This document shows, piece by piece, positions 50,826-60,730 of a stretch of DNA of 64,000 nucleotides. The notes beneath the pieces are model-generated. The model was not told where the DNA came from, did no database searches, and worked only from the letters and a program-made list of their open reading frames with translations. The stretch covers positions 7,003,765 through 7,067,764 of the forward strand of contig NZ_CP022163.1 of NCBI RefSeq assembly GCF_002305855.1. Direction: 5' to 3'. Position 1 is the stretch's first letter; every line of letters starts with the position of its first letter. The DNA is from Melittangium boletus DSM 14713 (GTDB taxonomy: Bacteria > Myxococcota > Myxococcia > Myxococcales > Myxococcaceae). The translations under genes were made by a program, and so were the position numbers.

Positions 50826-53271
50826 TCAGTTCAGCTTCACCCGGCAGACATTGCCGCTGGACGTGGTGGTGCAGGTCAGGCCATTGCAGCACGCGGAGCC
50901 GCCGCCGCAGGGCTGATCCTTGCCGGAGCACGGCGGACGGCACGAGCAGTTGTCGCCCGAGCAATCCCCGCCCGTGGTGTCATCCAGGCAGCGCAGACCA
51001 TCGCAGCAGGGCGCCACGGTCGAGCACTTCTGGAAGGCGGGCGCGCACTGGGGAATGGGCTTGCACGCGCACGCGCCCTCGATGTCGCAAGGCAGGGGCG
51101 GATCCCGGTTGAGCTGCACGCACTTGAGGCCGTTGCAGCAGGTGGCGCCGGCCGAGTCGCAGCCCTCGTCCACCGTGGAGCAGCCGTTGCTCACCAGGTA
51201 CTGCGCCCACTGGGCGATGTGGTTGGACGTGGTGATGTCCTGGAAGGGCAGGGCGAAGGCCACGTACGAGCCGTCCTCGCCCGCGAGCACCTTGTCGGGA
51301 TCCACCGCCGCCATCCACAGGAGAGTGCTCTTGCGGGCCTCGGACGCGTTGCTGGCGTCGGCCGTCTTGCGCAAGCCGTAGTTGCGCGAGGACGAGAACG
51401 TCAACCACATCAGCCGGCTGGTGTCCCCGGTGTTGCCCTGGGTCACGAAGGGGCTCCACTTCGGGTAGCTGTTGGTGAGCGTCTGGAGGTAGGCGCCCGC
51501 GCCGTCCTTGTCATCCGTGATGCCGGGTTTGTTGGCGTTCTTGAGCTCCACGAGGGCGGCGTTGGCCTCCAGCTTCGCGGCCCAGAGCGTGGCGGTGGGA
51601 TCCGTGTCCCCGTTGCAGTCCTGGCTGGTGTCGCTGTTGATGGGGCAGGTGGACTCGTTGAACACGAGGAACGCGTTGTCCGGGGCGATGGCGGGGTAGT
51701 AGCGGTGCTTGGCGTAGGGGTTGCTGCCCGTGAGCGGCACGGGAGGCACCACCGTGAGGGGCGCGCTCCAGCTGCCCGCGGTCTCCCGCACCATCTGGAT
51801 GGAGCCCGTGAACGTCCGCCGGTTCTGCGGGGGATAGCCGGTATAGCCCACGGACGTGTAGGCGATCGTCTTGCCGTCGGCGCTCCAGTCCGGATGGGTG
51901 GCGGGGTTCTGGCTCGTGCCCGTGTTGGCGATCTGGCTCTCGAAGGCGCCCGTGTCGCCGTTGAAGAGCAGCAGGCCGAACTTCGTGGCCTGCTCGGCGC
52001 TGTAGACGCCGACGAACTTGCTGCCATCCGGATTCCAGGACTCGAAGGCGCTCTGGTACTTCGACGTCAGGGCGATGCCCGCGTCGGACGGCGTGCCGCC
52101 ATCCCCGTCGGGGGTGTAGGTGGAGAGATCCTTGATGAGCGCGAGCTGGCCCTCGTTGCGGCCCAGGGTCGGATCTCCCTCCACCGCGGCCACCAGCTTC
52201 TTGCCGTTGCGGCTCAGCGAGTGGCAGCCCACGCAGCCCACGCCGCTGGTGTTGATGTTGTTCTTCGTGAGCATCGACGTGGCGGTCTGGGGCCCGGTGC
52301 CCGCGAAGTCGTAGCGCGTCACGCCGACCTGATCCGGCTTGGTGGTCCAGTAGTAGAGCGCGCCCTTGATCTCCGCGCGGGCGAACTGGAGGGAGATGGG
52401 ATCGGACACACCCACCGACGTGCCCGCGTCATCCGTGGCGCGCAGCGCGAGCGTCACCAGCTGGCCACCGCGGTTGCTCTCCGCGAGGAACTTCCACACG
52501 GTCTCGTCCGGCGTGTAGATGCAGCCCCGGGTGATGCCCGTGGGCAGGGTGACTCCCGAGGGCAGGTAGCAGCGCAGGTAGACGCGCACGTCGGTGATGT
52601 CGTTGGTGAAGCGCAGCTCGAACAGGGTGTTGGTGGTGGGGCCGGGCGTGAAGTGGATCTCCAACTGCCCGAGGTTCGGCGGCACCATGACCTTGTCGGC
52701 GGGGTAGACGAGCGACGGCTTGCGGGCGGGATCCACCGTTCCACCGAACTTCGAGTCCGCGTTGGCCGGCACGTCCGCGGAGCCCGGGGCTGGATCCGCC
52801 GTCTTCTGGGAGAGCTGGAGCAGGAGCTCGGTGGAGATGGACAGGGTGTCCACGCGGGCATGCACGGCGCTCTTGCCGCCCACGGTGGTGCTGGAGGTGA
52901 AGGTGGGTCCGGAGAAGGTGCCCAGCCGTGTGTCCTCGATGCTGAAGAAGGCCTGGGACGTCAGATCCTCGGAGTGCCCGTCGGAGTAGATGCCGAGCAC
53001 GGAGAACTTCTGCGTGGCCGCCGTACTGCCCGAGGCCTTGAGGATGGGGTTGGGAGGCGAGATGGACAGCGAGTCGAGCGTGATGCCTCCGTCCGGGCTC
53101 GTGTCTCCGCCGTCACGGCCGTCTCCCGTGCCACTCCCCGCGTCGTTTCCGTTTCCGCCACCCGTGCCGCTATCGAGCGTCCCCGGGGTGGGGTCGGCGC
53201 CGCCGCAAGTACAACCGGACAGCGTGGCCACTGCCATCAGGAGTCCAAGTAACCAGGTCTTCTTCCACATG
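50826..53271 (-). CDS. Large lipoprotein with beta-propeller-like central region and three C-terminal knottin-like (C-x6-C-x6-CC-x4-C) repeats
   Basis: ATG at 53271. Lipobox '[15 protein letters not shown]'. TolB-like '[13 protein letters not shown]' and '[12 protein letters not shown]'. C-terminus has three 'C...C...CCNGL(K/T)C' / 'CCDGLRC' units. Confidence 0.7.
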
Positions 53272-53430
53272 GCCCGTAGCGTAGCGCCATTTCCTGGCCC
53301 TCGCCCGGGGGTTGGCCGGGGGGGCGCGGTTTTGCCGGGGCGGACGCATCGGTGGTGCTTCGTGCTTCCCCGGAGGAGGCGTTCGGCGCAATCTCCCGCT
53401 CGGTCGTTCTTCCCGAAGAGAGGCCTTGTC

Positions 53431-54519
53431 ATGCGCGTCATCAACTTCAATGCCGGCCCCGCGGGGCTGCCTCTGCCCGCGCTCGAGCGGGCGAAGGAGG
53501 AGCTGCTCGATTTCAAGGGCTCCGGCATGTCCATCATGGAGCACAGCCACCGGGGCAAGCAGTACGACGCCGTCCATGAAGAGACGATCTCGTTGCTCAC
53601 CGAGCTGCTGGGCATCCCCGACACGCATCAGGTGCTCTTCCTCACGGGAGGCGCCTCGCAGCAGTTCGCCCAGCTCCCGATGAACTTCCTGCGCCCCGGC
53701 GAGAGCGCGGACTACCTGATGACGGGCGTGTGGAGCGAGAAGGCCTACGACGAGGCGAAGCTCGTGGGCCAGGCGCGCATCGCCGCCACCGCGGTGCAGC
53801 CGGACAAGAAGTACGTGCGCGTGCCCCGGCAGGACGAGTTCCAGCTCGACCCGAAGGCGGTCTACGTCCACCTGACGAGCAACAACACCATCTACGGCAC
53901 CCAGTGGCACACCTGGCCCGAGGTGGGGGACGTGCCGCTCGTCGCGGACATGAGCTCGGACTTCATGTGGAAGCCCGTGGACGTGAGCCGCTTCGCGTTC
54001 ATCTACGCCGGAGCCCAGAAGAACCTGGGTCCCTCTGGCGTGCTCATCGCCGTGGTGCGCAAGGACTTCATCGCCCGGGGCCGCCAGGACATCCCGAAGA
54101 TCTTCCGCTACTCCACCCACGCGGACAGCAACTCGCTCTACAACACGCCGCCCACCCTGGCCATCTACCTGTGCCGCAACGTGCTCTCCTGGGCCAAGGA
54201 GCTGGGCGGGCTCACGCAACTGGAGAAGCGCAACCGGGAGAAGGGGGAGTTGCTGTATGGCACCCTGGACAAGCTCTCGGGGTTCTACCGGGCGCCGGTG
54301 GAGAAGGACTCGCGTTCCTACATGAACGCGGTCTTCTACCTGCCCACGCCGGAGCTGGACGACGCGTTCGTGGCCGCCGCGACGCGCTCCGGCATGGTGG
54401 GTCTCAAGGGCTACCGCAGCGCGGGGGGCATCCGGGCCTCGCTCTATAACGCGGTGTCTCCGGATGACGTCCGGACACTCGTGTCCTTCATGGAGGAGTT
54501 CGCCCGGAAGAACGGCTAG
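53431..54519 (+). CDS. serC: Phosphoserine aminotransferase
   Basis: '[14 protein letters not shown]', '[10 protein letters not shown]', '[13 protein letters not shown]' (PLP-lysine region). Confidence 0.9.
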   Translation: MRVINFNAGPAGLPLPALERAKEELLDFKGSGMSIMEHSHRGKQYDAVHEETISLLTELLGIPDTHQVLFLTGGASQQFAQLPMNFLRPGESADYLMTGVWSEKAYDEAKLVGQARIAATAVQPDKKYVRVPRQDEFQLDPKAVYVHLTSNNTIYGTQWHTWPEVGDVPLVADMSSDFMWKPVDVSRFAFIYAGAQKNLGPSGVLIAVVRKDFIARGRQDIPKIFRYSTHADSNSLYNTPPTLAIYLCRNVLSWAKELGGLTQLEKRNREKGELLYGTLDKLSGFYRAPVEKDSRSYMNAVFYLPTPELDDAFVAAATRSGMVGLKGYRSAGGIRASLYNAVSPDDVRTLVSFMEEFARKNG

Positions 54520-54554
54520 GGTGCCCGCCTCTTTCCCGTCTCCAGGAGGAGTTC

Positions 54555-55115
54555 ATGAAGAACGCCACGCTGTGCGCTGTCCTGCTGCTCGCCCTGTCCG
54601 CGCTGCCCGCCAACGCCAAGGAGATCGCCGGGGTGAAGTTCCCCGACACGGCGTCCGTGGACGGCCAGGAGCTCAAGCTCAACGGTGTGGGCCTGCGCAA
54701 GAAGGTCGTCTTCAAGGTGTACGCGGTCGGCCTGTACCTGCAGACCCCGTCCAAGGATGCCTCGAAGGTGATCTCCTCGGAGCAGATCAAGCGCGTGCGC
54801 ATGTCCATGCTGCGTGACCTGGAGAAGAAGCAGATCACCGACGCCATCGTCGAGGGCTTCAAGAAGAACGCGGGGAGCAATCTGTCCGCGCTCCAGGCGC
54901 GGCTGGACACGTTCGCGGCGGGCATTCCCGACTTGAAGGAAGGGCAGGAACTGGTGCTCACCTACGCGCCGGGCAAGGGCACCTCCATCGAGAGCAGCTC
55001 GGGGCAGAAGCTGTCCGTGGAGGGCAAGGACTTCGCGGACGCGCTCTTCTCGGTGTGGCTGGGCGCCAGCCCCGTGGATGGCAGTCTGAAGAAGGGAATG
55101 CTCGGGGAGGAGTAA
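54555..55115 (+). CDS. Chalcone-isomerase-like family protein, secreted
   Basis: Signal peptide 'MKNATLCAVLLLALSALPANA'. 'FKVYAVGLYL' beta-strand motif typical of the CHI-like fold. Confidence 0.55.
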   Translation: MKNATLCAVLLLALSALPANAKEIAGVKFPDTASVDGQELKLNGVGLRKKVVFKVYAVGLYLQTPSKDASKVISSEQIKRVRMSMLRDLEKKQITDAIVEGFKKNAGSNLSALQARLDTFAAGIPDLKEGQELVLTYAPGKGTSIESSSGQKLSVEGKDFADALFSVWLGASPVDGSLKKGMLGEE

Positions 55116-55194
55116 GTCCCCGCGTTCCCCGCTGTTTCGTCACCCGTGCGCTGGCCGCCCTGTTCGTGGCGGCCCGCACGTCTCTTACCCCCAC

Positions 55195-57303
55195 ATGGAG
55201 AAACACTGGATGAGAAAGGCATTGCTCGCCGCTTGCTGCCTCATGGCTTCCGCCTGCAAGACGGCCACGCCCGCGCCCTCGCAGACCGAGCCTCAGGCGC
55301 CTCCCGCGCCGCCCCCGCCCGCCCAGCCGTTGCCGATGCCCGCCGGTCTGGATGCCTCGGCGATGAACGAGCAGGCGAACCCCTGCGACGACTTCTACGA
55401 GTACGCGTGTGGCAACTGGATGAAGACGACGGAGATCCCCGCGGACCGCCCCCGCTGGTCGCGCGGCTTCGACTCCATCACGGCGCGCAACGAGGAGATC
55501 CTCCGGAACATCCTGGAGGCGGCGTCCACGGGCAAGGCCCCCGAGGGCACGCCCTACGCCCAGAAGCTGGGTGACTTCTACGGCTCCTGCATGGACGAGG
55601 CGAAGCTCGAGGCCTCGCTGCCCGCGCTCAAGGCGGACCTGGCGAAGCTGACGGTGGCCAAGGACGCGAAGGCACTGGCCCAGCAGGTGGGCACCCTGCA
55701 TGCCCGCGCCGTCTTCCCCTTCTTCCGCTTCAGCTCCAACAACGACCTCAAGGACGCCAGCCAGATGATCGGCGAGGTGGACCAGGGCGGCTTGAGCCTG
55801 CCGGACAAGGACTACTACCTGCGCGACGACGAGAAGTCGAAGGCGCTGCGGGGCGCGTTCGTGGAGCACGCGAAGAACGTCTTCGTGCTGCTCGGCGAGA
55901 CGCCCGACGTGGCGGCCAAGAGCGCCGCGACGGTGATGGAGGTGGAGACGGCGCTGGCCAAGGTGTCCCAGTCGCGCGTGGAGCGCCGCGAGCCCAAGAA
56001 CCTCTACCACCGCCTGGATCGCAAGGGCCTCAAGGCGGAGACTCCGGCCTTCCCGTGGGATGTGTACTTCACGGCCGTGGGCGCCAAGGACGTGCAGGCG
56101 CTCAACGTCACTCATCCTCCCTTCTTCAAGGAGCTGGAGCGTCTGGTGCGGACCACGCCTCCCGCGGAGTGGAAGACCTACCTGACGTGGCACTACGTCT
56201 CGAGCAGCATTCCCGCCCTGCCCAAGGCCTTCCAGGACGAGCGCTTCCGCTTCTCGCAGAACCTGACGGGCGCGAAGGAGGACACGGTCCGTTGGAAGAA
56301 GTGCGTGCGCTACACCAACGCGGGTCTGGGCGAGGCGCTCGCGCGGCCCTTCATCGCGCAGACGTTCGGCGCGGACGGCAAGGCGACCACGCAGCAGATG
56401 GTGGTGGAGCTGGAGAAGGCCTTCGAGCGCGATCTGGACACGCTCACCTGGATGGACGCGCCCACCAAGGAGCAGGCGCTGGTGAAGGCGCGCAAGATCG
56501 TCAACAAGATTGGCTACCCGGACCAGTGGCGCAACTACGACGCGGTGAAGGTGGATCGCGGCTCGTTCCTCGCCTCGTGGACGGGCGTCAACGCGTTCGA
56601 GCAGGCGCGGCAGTTGGCGAAGATCGGCAAGCCGGTGGACAAGAACGAGTGGTTGATGTCTCCGCCCACGGTGAACGCCTACTACAACCCGCCCTTCAAC
56701 GAGATCGTCTTCCCGGCGGGCATCCTGCAGCCGCCCTTCTTCGATCGCGAGGCGACGGCGCCGGTGAACTTCGGCGCCATGGGCATGGTGGTGGGACATG
56801 AAGTCACCCACGGCTTCGACGACGAGGGCCGGCAGTATGACGCGGAGGGCAACCTGCGCGACTGGTGGACGCCCGCCTCGGACAGCGCCTTCCGCGAGCG
56901 CGTCGCGTGCGTGAAGACGCAATACGACGGCTACACGGCGGTGGATGACCTCAAGGTCAACGGGGCCCTGACGCTCGGGGAGAACGTGGCGGACCTGGGG
57001 GGCCTGAAGCTGGCGCACTCGGCCATGGAGGAGTGGCTGCGCAAGAATCCGGAGGAGGCGAAGCGCGCGAGCGGTTCGCGCTTCACGCCGAGCCAGCAGC
57101 TCTTCCTGGGCTACGCGCAGTCCTGGTGCTCGAAGACCCGGGACGCGTTCGCCCGGCAGTTGGTGCTGGTGGATCCGCACTCGCCGCCGTACTGGCGGGT
57201 GAACGGCCCGGTGGGCAACCTGCCGGAGTTCCAGCGGGCCTTCTCGTGCAGGGCGGACGCGAAGATGGTGCGTCCTCCGGCCGAACGCTGCGAGGTCTGG
57301 TAG
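55195..57303 (+). CDS. M13-family zinc metallopeptidase (PepO/endothelin-converting-enzyme-like), lipoprotein
   Basis: Lipobox 'LLAACCLMASACK'. 'NAYYNPPFNEIVFPAGILQPPFF', 'VVGHEVTHGFDDEG' (HExxH) and 'ENVADLGG' (ExxxD). Confidence 0.85.
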   Translation: MEKHWMRKALLAACCLMASACKTATPAPSQTEPQAPPAPPPPAQPLPMPAGLDASAMNEQANPCDDFYEYACGNWMKTTEIPADRPRWSRGFDSITARNEEILRNILEAASTGKAPEGTPYAQKLGDFYGSCMDEAKLEASLPALKADLAKLTVAKDAKALAQQVGTLHARAVFPFFRFSSNNDLKDASQMIGEVDQGGLSLPDKDYYLRDDEKSKALRGAFVEHAKNVFVLLGETPDVAAKSAATVMEVETALAKVSQSRVERREPKNLYHRLDRKGLKAETPAFPWDVYFTAVGAKDVQALNVTHPPFFKELERLVRTTPPAEWKTYLTWHYVSSSIPALPKAFQDERFRFSQNLTGAKEDTVRWKKCVRYTNAGLGEALARPFIAQTFGADGKATTQQMVVELEKAFERDLDTLTWMDAPTKEQALVKARKIVNKIGYPDQWRNYDAVKVDRGSFLASWTGVNAFEQARQLAKIGKPVDKNEWLMSPPTVNAYYNPPFNEIVFPAGILQPPFFDREATAPVNFGAMGMVVGHEVTHGFDDEGRQYDAEGNLRDWWTPASDSAFRERVACVKTQYDGYTAVDDLKVNGALTLGENVADLGGLKLAHSAMEEWLRKNPEEAKRASGSRFTPSQQLFLGYAQSWCSKTRDAFARQLVLVDPHSPPYWRVNGPVGNLPEFQRAFSCRADAKMVRPPAERCEVW

Positions 57304-57382
57304 TGGCCAGGGCGGGCGCCCGGATGAAGCCAAGCGGGGTGCCCGCCCCCTCCAGCGTCACGAAGTGCGGTAGGGAAGGGGC

Positions 57383-57739
57383 ATGAACGCTCCAATCTAC
57401 ACGCTCGTCCGAGGCGCCGACTGGCGGGCAGCCAAGACGGTGGGTGCCTACTGCGGCTCGGCCGACGACACGCGCGACGGCTTCCTGCACTTTTCCACGG
57501 CCGAGCAGGTGCGCGACAGCGCGCGCAAGCACCGCGCGGGGGAGCGAGACCTGTGGCTGGTGGCCGTCGATCCGGAGGCGTTGGGCGCGGCGCTGCGGTG
57601 GGAGCCAGCCTCGGGTGGCCGTCGCCCGGGGTTGTTCCCGCACTTGTACGGCCCGCTGCCGGTGTCGGCCGTGGTGTCGGCGGTTCCACTGCCGCTGGGC
57701 GGCGACGGGCAGCACACCTTCCCCGACGGGGTGCCGTAG
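57383..57739 (+). CDS. DUF952-domain protein (intact copy)
   Basis: 118 aa, 'DGFLHFSTAEQV...LWLVAVDPEAL'. Its 3' 336 bp are repeated at 59287-59623. Confidence 0.7.
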   Translation: MNAPIYTLVRGADWRAAKTVGAYCGSADDTRDGFLHFSTAEQVRDSARKHRAGERDLWLVAVDPEALGAALRWEPASGGRRPGLFPHLYGPLPVSAVVSAVPLPLGGDGQHTFPDGVP

Positions 57740-57786
57740 GGAGCGTTCAATCCCACTCCGCCGACGAGGCAGTCGTGGGCCTGATC

Positions 57787-57967
57787 CGTTTTAGTGGCTC
57801 TCCCGCACTTTATGTGCTCCGCGAACTGGAATGCTTTCTGCTCCAACAAGCGTTGCTCGCCACATGAGCGGTGAACATACAAAGTGAGGAGAGGCACGTA
57901 ACCGGCTCAAACCCGAACGCCACGCAGATGGCGAACCGCCTGCGACGGAGGAGAGCCACAAAATCGG
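57787..57967. repeat. MITE-like element copy B (same inverted-repeat family as 10930-11085)
   Basis: Left arm 'ccgttttagtggctctcccgcactttatgtgctcc' (57787-57821). Degenerate internal arm 57884-57905. Right arm 'ggaggagagccacaaaatcgg' (57947-57967) is the reverse complement of the left arm. Confidence 0.5.
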
Positions 57968-57990
57968 TTCAGAATCCATTGAAGGATATT

Positions 57991-58464
57991 TCATTCACCC
58001 AGCCAATAGAGACCGCGCCGGGTTCGCAGCACCTGCTCCAGGAACTCCGAGAGGGAACTGGCGACCTGCTTGCAGTAGGCCGGATCCGGCCACGCCTCGT
58101 GGTCGCCGTCGAAGAGGGGGTAGAGACCATTCTCCTGGCGACGCACATCTACCAGCACGTAGTTACCGTCCTGTACGTCGCAGAAGGCGAACACCGAGGC
58201 AGGACCCCACGTATCGTTATCCTCACCGTAGATGGCTACCCGTGCTCGGACGATCTCGGACAGGGGAAGCATCTGATACGGCGAGTTCGGCAGCCTCTTG
58301 ATCAACTCCGCCCCGTTGCAGTGCAGATAGAAGGCACGAAGGTCCGAGTCCAGCTTCCAGCCCACCCTCTGCTCGAACGCATCGATCTCCTCCGGCGTAG
58401 CAGGTGGATAGGGGAAGTGATCGCGGGAGACTTCCTCCAGCAGGCGGCTCATGGGCGTGGGCAT
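57991..58464 (-). CDS. SMI1/KNR4 (SUKH-1) family immunity protein
   Basis: 'TPEEIDAFEQRVGWKLDSDLRAFYLHCNGAELI...YQMLPLSEI...VFAFCDVQDGNYVLVDV' is a SUKH-1 pattern. No signal peptide. GC ~60%. ATG 58464 lies 3 nt after the toxin stop. Confidence 0.7.
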   Translation of the reverse strand: MPTPMSRLLEEVSRDHFPYPPATPEEIDAFEQRVGWKLDSDLRAFYLHCNGAELIKRLPNSPYQMLPLSEIVRARVAIYGEDNDTWGPASVFAFCDVQDGNYVLVDVRRQENGLYPLFDGDHEAWPDPAYCKQVASSLSEFLEQVLRTRRGLYWLGE

Positions 58465-58466
58465 CG

Positions 58467-59132
58467 TCAATTGTCTGTGTAGGGCAGATCGGGGCCCACT
58501 GTATTCCAGGGTGGCTGGCCGCCGTAGCACGCGGGATACGCCCTGTTGTACAGGTCGTGGACGCTGGGCTTCGCGGGGAAAATATTGTTGGGGTCCACTG
58601 GATTGCCTCCGTGCTGGAGGTCCCGGATGTGATGGCCGGGCCACGACTTGGTGCCATCGCCAGGCCACTCTCCAAATTTCTTGCTCCAGTCCTCCCGGAA
58701 GGACTCTCGAAATCTGTCCCACCTCTTGCGCTCCACTTCCTTCTTGTCTGTCGGCAGCTTGGGGTAGTTGCAGCAGCAGTGCCAGATGCCGTAGCGGCTC
58801 CCGGAATCAACGTCCACGGGTAAGAGGATGAGGCGGCCCTCCCAATCGAACTTGAGATCGGCCAGCCAAACGCAACCCATGAGCGGGGAACCTTCACTGG
58901 CGCACTGCATCTGGCACTGGTTCATGAATTGACGGCGGCACTGCCAGGGACCGTAGAAGAGGGTTGTCTTCATCCGTCCACCCGGAACCATCAGCCACGG
59001 CAGTTCCTTCTTCACAGCGGGCTTGGCCCCGGGTGATGGCGTGGGTTTAGTCCCGAGGGAACCGCTCGACTCGTTGATGGAGCCGCACGCGGCGAGGAGC
59101 ATCAGCAGTACCGCCGTCCAGTCCAGCTTCAT
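58467..59132 (-). CDS. Lipoprotein with C-terminal Tox-GHH (HNH/EndoVII-superfamily) nuclease domain; SitA-like OME toxin candidate
   Basis: ATG at 59132. Lipobox 'LLMLLAACGS'. Cys-rich middle region ('CRRQFMNQCQMQC', 'WHCCCNY'). C-terminal 'SWPGHHIRDLQHGGNPVDPNNI' matches the GHH signature. GC ~58%. Confidence 0.65.
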   Translation of the reverse strand: MKLDWTAVLLMLLAACGSINESSGSLGTKPTPSPGAKPAVKKELPWLMVPGGRMKTTLFYGPWQCRRQFMNQCQMQCASEGSPLMGCVWLADLKFDWEGRLILLPVDVDSGSRYGIWHCCCNYPKLPTDKKEVERKRWDRFRESFREDWSKKFGEWPGDGTKSWPGHHIRDLQHGGNPVDPNNIFPAKPSVHDLYNRAYPACYGGQPPWNTVGPDLPYTDN

Positions 59133-59286
59133 GAGAATCCCCCGTGATGATGGCCACCCCTTGCTGGGTAGCCAATTCGAGGGGATACCCGATGCGGCTG
59201 ACAACTCTCGGCGCTCGATACTCTCGGCGGCGTCCTCCGGGATCATCAAAAGCGCCAGTGTTTTGGCATAAGAGGGTGTGCCCGTC

Positions 59287-59623
59287 GCTCGTCCGAGGCG
59301 ACGACTGGCGGGCAGCCAAGACGGTGGGTGCCTACCGCGGCTCGGCCGACGACACGCGCGACGGCTTCCTGCACTTTTCCACGGCCGAGCAGGTGCGCGA
59401 CAGCGCGCGCAAGCACCGCGCGGGGGAGCGAGACCTGTGGCTGGTGGCCGTCGATCCGGAGGCGTTGGGCGCGGCGCTGCGATGGGAGCCGGCATCGGGC
59501 GGGCGTCGTCCGGGGCTGTTCCCGCACCTGTACGGCCCGCTGCCGGTGTCGGCCGTGTTGTCGGCGGTTCCGCTGCCGCTGGGCGGCGACGGGCAGCACA
59601 CCTTCCCCGACGGGGTGCCGTAG
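59287..59623 (+). pseudogene. 3' partial duplicate of the DUF952 gene (direct repeat of 57404-57739, ~96% identical)
   Basis: Nucleotide alignment shows ~14 mismatches in 337 bp, mostly synonymous. No N-terminal 5 codons and no start codon. Confidence 0.7.
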
Positions 59624-59632
59624 GACGGGCGC

Positions 59633-60667
59633 TCAGAAGAAGCTGAGCTGGGTGCCCGACTTCATGGGCCGACGGAAGGGACTCTCCTTGTCGCCGCTGT
59701 CCAGGGACATGGTGGTTTTCAGCCCCAGGCGGCGGGCGGTGGTCGCGAAGAGCTGGTGGAGGGTGTCCGCGTACAGGCCCTCGCCGCGCATGCGCACCTT
59801 GAAGCGTGAGTCGTTGAGTTCTCCGCCCCGCGTCTCGCGGATGCGGTGGAGGACGCGCTCGGCGCGCAGGGGCAGCTTGTCGCGCAGACGCTGCTCGAAG
59901 ACGGCCTGCACGGGGCCGGGCAGCCGCAGCAGGGTGGAGAAGGCCCGGGTGGCCCCCGCCTCGCGCGCCGCGGTGAGCACGCGCACCATGTCCTCGTCAT
60001 TGAGGCCGGGGATGATGGGAGCCACCGCCACGCCCACGTCGATGCCCGCGGCGGCCAGCCGCTCGATGGTGAGCAGGCGCCGGCGGGGCGAGGCCACGTA
60101 GGGCTCCATGGCCCGGGCCACGTGCTCGTCGTGGAAGGGGAGGGTGATGCATACGGAGAGCCGTGCGTGCTCGGCGAGCGTCTGGAGCACGTCGAGGTCG
60201 CGCTCGATGAGGAGCCCCTTGGTGATGATGCCCACGGGGTTGCGGTACTCGGCGCAGACCTCCAGGCAGGCGCGGGTGAGCCGCAGCGAGGCCTCCAGGG
60301 GCTGGTAGCAGTCGGTGATGCCGCTGAAGGCGACGGACTCGCCCTTCCAGCTCCTGCGCTCGAAGGCCTCGCGCAGCAGCTCCGCGGCGCGCGGCTTGAC
60401 GACGAGTTTGGTCTCGAAGTCCGTACCCGCGCCGAAGCCGAGGTACTCGTGATAGGGCCGGGCGTAGCAGTACGCGCAGGCGTGCAGGCAACCGCGGTAC
60501 GGGTTGACGCTCCAGGAGAAGCCCACGTCCGGACTGTCGTTGCGCCCGAGCACCTCGCGGCTGTGATCCTCCAGGACCTCCAGCTTCGCGGGGGGAATCT
60601 CCTCCAGGTACTCCACTGCGGTGGTGTCCCAGGGGTTGGGCGGGTTGGAGACGGGCCGGGGTTTCAC
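59633..60667 (-). CDS. Radical SAM protein (SplB/PA0069-like family)
   Basis: 'NPYRGCLHACAYCYARPYHEY' is a CxxxCxxC radical-SAM cluster motif. GTG start. Confidence 0.8.
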   Translation of the reverse strand: MKPRPVSNPPNPWDTTAVEYLEEIPPAKLEVLEDHSREVLGRNDSPDVGFSWSVNPYRGCLHACAYCYARPYHEYLGFGAGTDFETKLVVKPRAAELLREAFERRSWKGESVAFSGITDCYQPLEASLRLTRACLEVCAEYRNPVGIITKGLLIERDLDVLQTLAEHARLSVCITLPFHDEHVARAMEPYVASPRRRLLTIERLAAAGIDVGVAVAPIIPGLNDEDMVRVLTAAREAGATRAFSTLLRLPGPVQAVFEQRLRDKLPLRAERVLHRIRETRGGELNDSRFKVRMRGEGLYADTLHQLFATTARRLGLKTTMSLDSGDKESPFRRPMKSGTQLSFF

Positions 60668-60730
60668 ACGCTCAGGGTGTGCCTGAAAGAACGTTCAGTC
60701 AAGCGGGGTTCCGTACCGGAGGGGCCGGGT

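Noticed and set aside
51219-53252. 677-aa plus ORF
   Set aside because: Antisense to the large knottin-tailed lipoprotein.
54958-57333. 791-aa minus ORF
   Set aside because: Antisense to the M13 peptidase (HExxH found only on the plus strand).
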